Shown: positions 24,442 through 26,128 of the stretch, one piece after another
Position numbering within the stretch: position 1 is the stretch's first letter
How the letters are laid out: each line of letters opens with the position of its first letter
Notes under the pieces: generated by a model
Told to the model about the DNA's origin: nothing
The model's database searches: none
Seen by the model: the letters and a program-made list of their open reading frames with translations, nothing else
From: a virus
Lineage: Duplodnaviria; Heunggongvirae; Uroviricota; Caudoviricetes
Length of the DNA: 26,128 nucleotides
IMG/VR virus record: IMGVR_UViG_2713897073_000006
Reading direction: 5' to 3' (one strand)
Position numbers and translations under genes: made by a program

Positions 24442-24697
24442 ACCGGGTTTGTTTTCGTAATTGTTCGGCACAATAGTCGAGATGTGTTTGCAGATCCCGC
24501 ATAGACATCTGTGAGCTGGTGACGTAGTTAATCAGTGCAGTCAGTTCGGCAAGTGGGCCATCGACATTAAATCCATCCTTATCGAGATCCCGGAGTAATT
24601 TCATCAAGTGCGATCCCTCCACCAGTGACCTGACGCCTCCCGGCGTGTGAATCCTTTCGGTAAATCCGTCTTCCAGTGGATAGTGATACCGCTGCAT
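24440..24697 (-). CDS. Small protein paralogous to the Bro-N protein C-terminal domain; candidate SOS-inducible antirepressor
   Basis: ATG at 24697 with GGAG ribosome-binding site (the track's TTG start at 24715 was rejected). The 85-aa product (...SHLMKLLRDLDKDGFNVDGPLAELTALINYVTSSQMSMRDLQTHLDYCAEQL) aligns by eye with the C-terminus of the 22602..23330 protein (...SLLMNLLNQLQEDGHDVSGAAAELTTMFCYIVGVSKCLRDIQTHAEYINDK). A LexA box lies about 22 nt upstream. Confidence 0.6.
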   Translation of the reverse strand: MQRYHYPLEDGFTERIHTPGGVRSLVEGSHLMKLLRDLDKDGFNVDGPLAELTALINYVTSSQMSMRDLQTHLDYCAEQLRKQTR

Positions 24698-24716
24698 CTT
24701 ATCTTCTCCATGCAAT

Positions 24717-24736
24717 AACTGTATATTTATACAGTA
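24717..24736. promoter_or_regulatory. LexA (SOS) box aaCTGTatatttatACAGta
   Basis: CTGT-N8-ACAG with an AT-rich spacer, near-identical to the E. coli LexA consensus taCTGTatatatatACAGta. Located in the promoter region of the minus-strand gene 24440..24697. Confidence 0.65.
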
Positions 24737-24773
24737 TCAAATAATTTGTTTGCTATCCAGCACGTTTTGCAAA

Positions 24774-24788
24774 TTACCCGAAAGGTAA
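24774..24788. promoter_or_regulatory. Palindromic operator-like site TTACCcgaaaGGTAA (site k)
   Basis: Perfect motif between the LexA-box gene and the tailspike gene, about 40 bp from the LexA box. Confidence 0.6.
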
Positions 24789-24892
24789 TATCTATTCATA
24801 TTCACAGCCTTTCTATCCATATGTGGTTTTTCAGGTAATAGAATAACCAGATATGCGGCGCAACGGGTGCTGCGACTATCTGGAGATTTAAC

Positions 24893-26128
24893 ATGACGGT
24901 CTCAACCGAAGTTGACCACAACGAATACACCGGTAACGGCGTTACGACATCATTTCCGTATACCTTCCGTATTTTCAAAAAAACCGACCTGGTTGTTCAG
25001 GTGTCTGATCTGAACGGGAACGTAACAGAATTGGTTCTGGATACCGGTTATAAGGTAACTGGAGCGGGCACTTATAGTGGCGGTGAAGTGGTTCTCCCGT
25101 CGCCGCTTGCTGCTGGCTGGCGAATTACGATAGAGCGTGTGCTTGATGTGGTGCAGGAGACTGATCTTCGCAATCAGGAAAAATTTTTCCCCGAAGTTCA
25201 TGAAGATGCATTTGACTACCTGACGATGCTGATCCAGCGATGTTTTGGGTGGTTCAGACGTGCATTGATGAAACCCTCGTTGCTTGCAAAATATTACGAT
25301 GCAAAGCAAAACAGAATATCTAACCTTGCTGATCCATCACTTGAGCAGGACGCTGTAAATAATCGCTCAATGCGTAATTATGTCGATGCTGCAATCGCCG
25401 GGGTTGTTGGTGGTTTTGGTTGGTTTATTCAGTATGGTTCTGGAGCAGTATACCGAACGTTCCAGGATAAGATGCGGGATGAAGTAAATATTCGTGATTT
25501 TGGAGCAGGAGATTCAGGTGAAGTTACAGATGCTATTTTGAAGGCTGTTGCAGCTACTAATGGCACCATTATTATCCCGGATGGAAATTATGTTTCTACT
25601 CCAACAGTAACGCAGACTCCGAACGTTATGAAATTGCTTTCACGAGCAGAGTTTAGAGGTTCTTTGACCATCAATCTTCCTGTTGGAACTGTTAACCTAT
25701 CAGAAAAGACGCTAATCAGATCACAAAATGTTCATAAACTTTCTATTTCTGGTATTACGTATTCAACTACGCTAACTGGCTTAGTGGGTGTATCTGGTAT
25801 CCCCAAATCATACCTAGTTACGCTCTCTCTGGCTGATGCTTCAAACGTTTCTGTAGGCGACGTCGTGATGATTCGTCACGATATAACGGGGACAGGAGGA
25901 TATCACATCCATTGTGGCGGATGGGTTGTGACTGCCGTGTCTGGCAAAAATGTTACCGTAAAAAACACCTGCCACCTGTCTGAATTACCAACGTCAACGA
26001 TTACAGGCGGAACAGTAGTCATACTAAAAAGTATTCTGAGATATGCCGGATGTGATGGGATTGTGGCTGCAGGTGCTGGGTGCATTAAGACAATAAACGG
26101 TGTCGCAATTGTTGTCAACGACGGATGA
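24893..26128 (+). CDS. Tail fibre / tailspike protein
   Basis: 411-aa ORF with GGAG ribosome-binding site. N-terminal MTVSTEVDHNEYTGNGVTTSFPYTFRIF...TDLRNQEKFFPEVHEDAFDYLTMLIQ resembles the conserved particle-binding N-terminal domain of enterobacterial phage tail fibres or spikes (from memory). C-terminal part is a Thr/Ser/Gly/Val-rich beta-type region. The stop coincides with the window end. Confidence 0.75.
   Translation: MTVSTEVDHNEYTGNGVTTSFPYTFRIFKKTDLVVQVSDLNGNVTELVLDTGYKVTGAGTYSGGEVVLPSPLAAGWRITIERVLDVVQETDLRNQEKFFPEVHEDAFDYLTMLIQRCFGWFRRALMKPSLLAKYYDAKQNRISNLADPSLEQDAVNNRSMRNYVDAAIAGVVGGFGWFIQYGSGAVYRTFQDKMRDEVNIRDFGAGDSGEVTDAILKAVAATNGTIIIPDGNYVSTPTVTQTPNVMKLLSRAEFRGSLTINLPVGTVNLSEKTLIRSQNVHKLSISGITYSTTLTGLVGVSGIPKSYLVTLSLADASNVSVGDVVMIRHDITGTGGYHIHCGGWVVTAVSGKNVTVKNTCHLSELPTSTITGGTVVILKSILRYAGCDGIVAAGAGCIKTINGVAIVVNDG

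Overview
The window reads as the left ~26 kb of an integrated temperate phage of enterobacterial type, with a lambdoid early region joined to a podovirus-type (T7-like portal) virion module. All calls come from reading the sequence and ORF track and from family-level recognition by memory; no database search was run. Layout: (1) a P4-type integrase at the left edge; (2) a leftward early operon on the minus strand (4855-5007 small ORF, 99-aa ORF, RecE-like exonuclease, RecT/Bet annealing protein, AlpA-like regulator, small ORF, MT-A70 adenine methyltransferase, small acidic ORF); (3) an immunity region with a 194-aa two-HTH repressor lacking a peptidase domain, divergent from a Cro-like gene; (4) lambda O-like and P-like replication genes, with iterons inside the O-like gene; (5) a virion operon with a gp7.3-like protein, portal, scaffold-like protein, capsid, and four large structural or internal virion proteins; (6) an accessory region at 21.1-24.9 kb with small membrane proteins, an AT-rich two-gene cassette, a DUF1778/RHH gene coupled to a Bro-N antirepressor-like gene, a membrane-anchored double zinc-ribbon protein, and a small gene behind a near-consensus LexA box; (7) a tail fibre/tailspike gene ending at the window edge. 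The most striking signal is a 15-bp palindrome, TTACC-N5-GGTAA, found 11 times and only in intergenic or promoter regions. No N or Q antiterminator, terminase, lysis cassette, tRNA, CRISPR array or IS element was found in the window.
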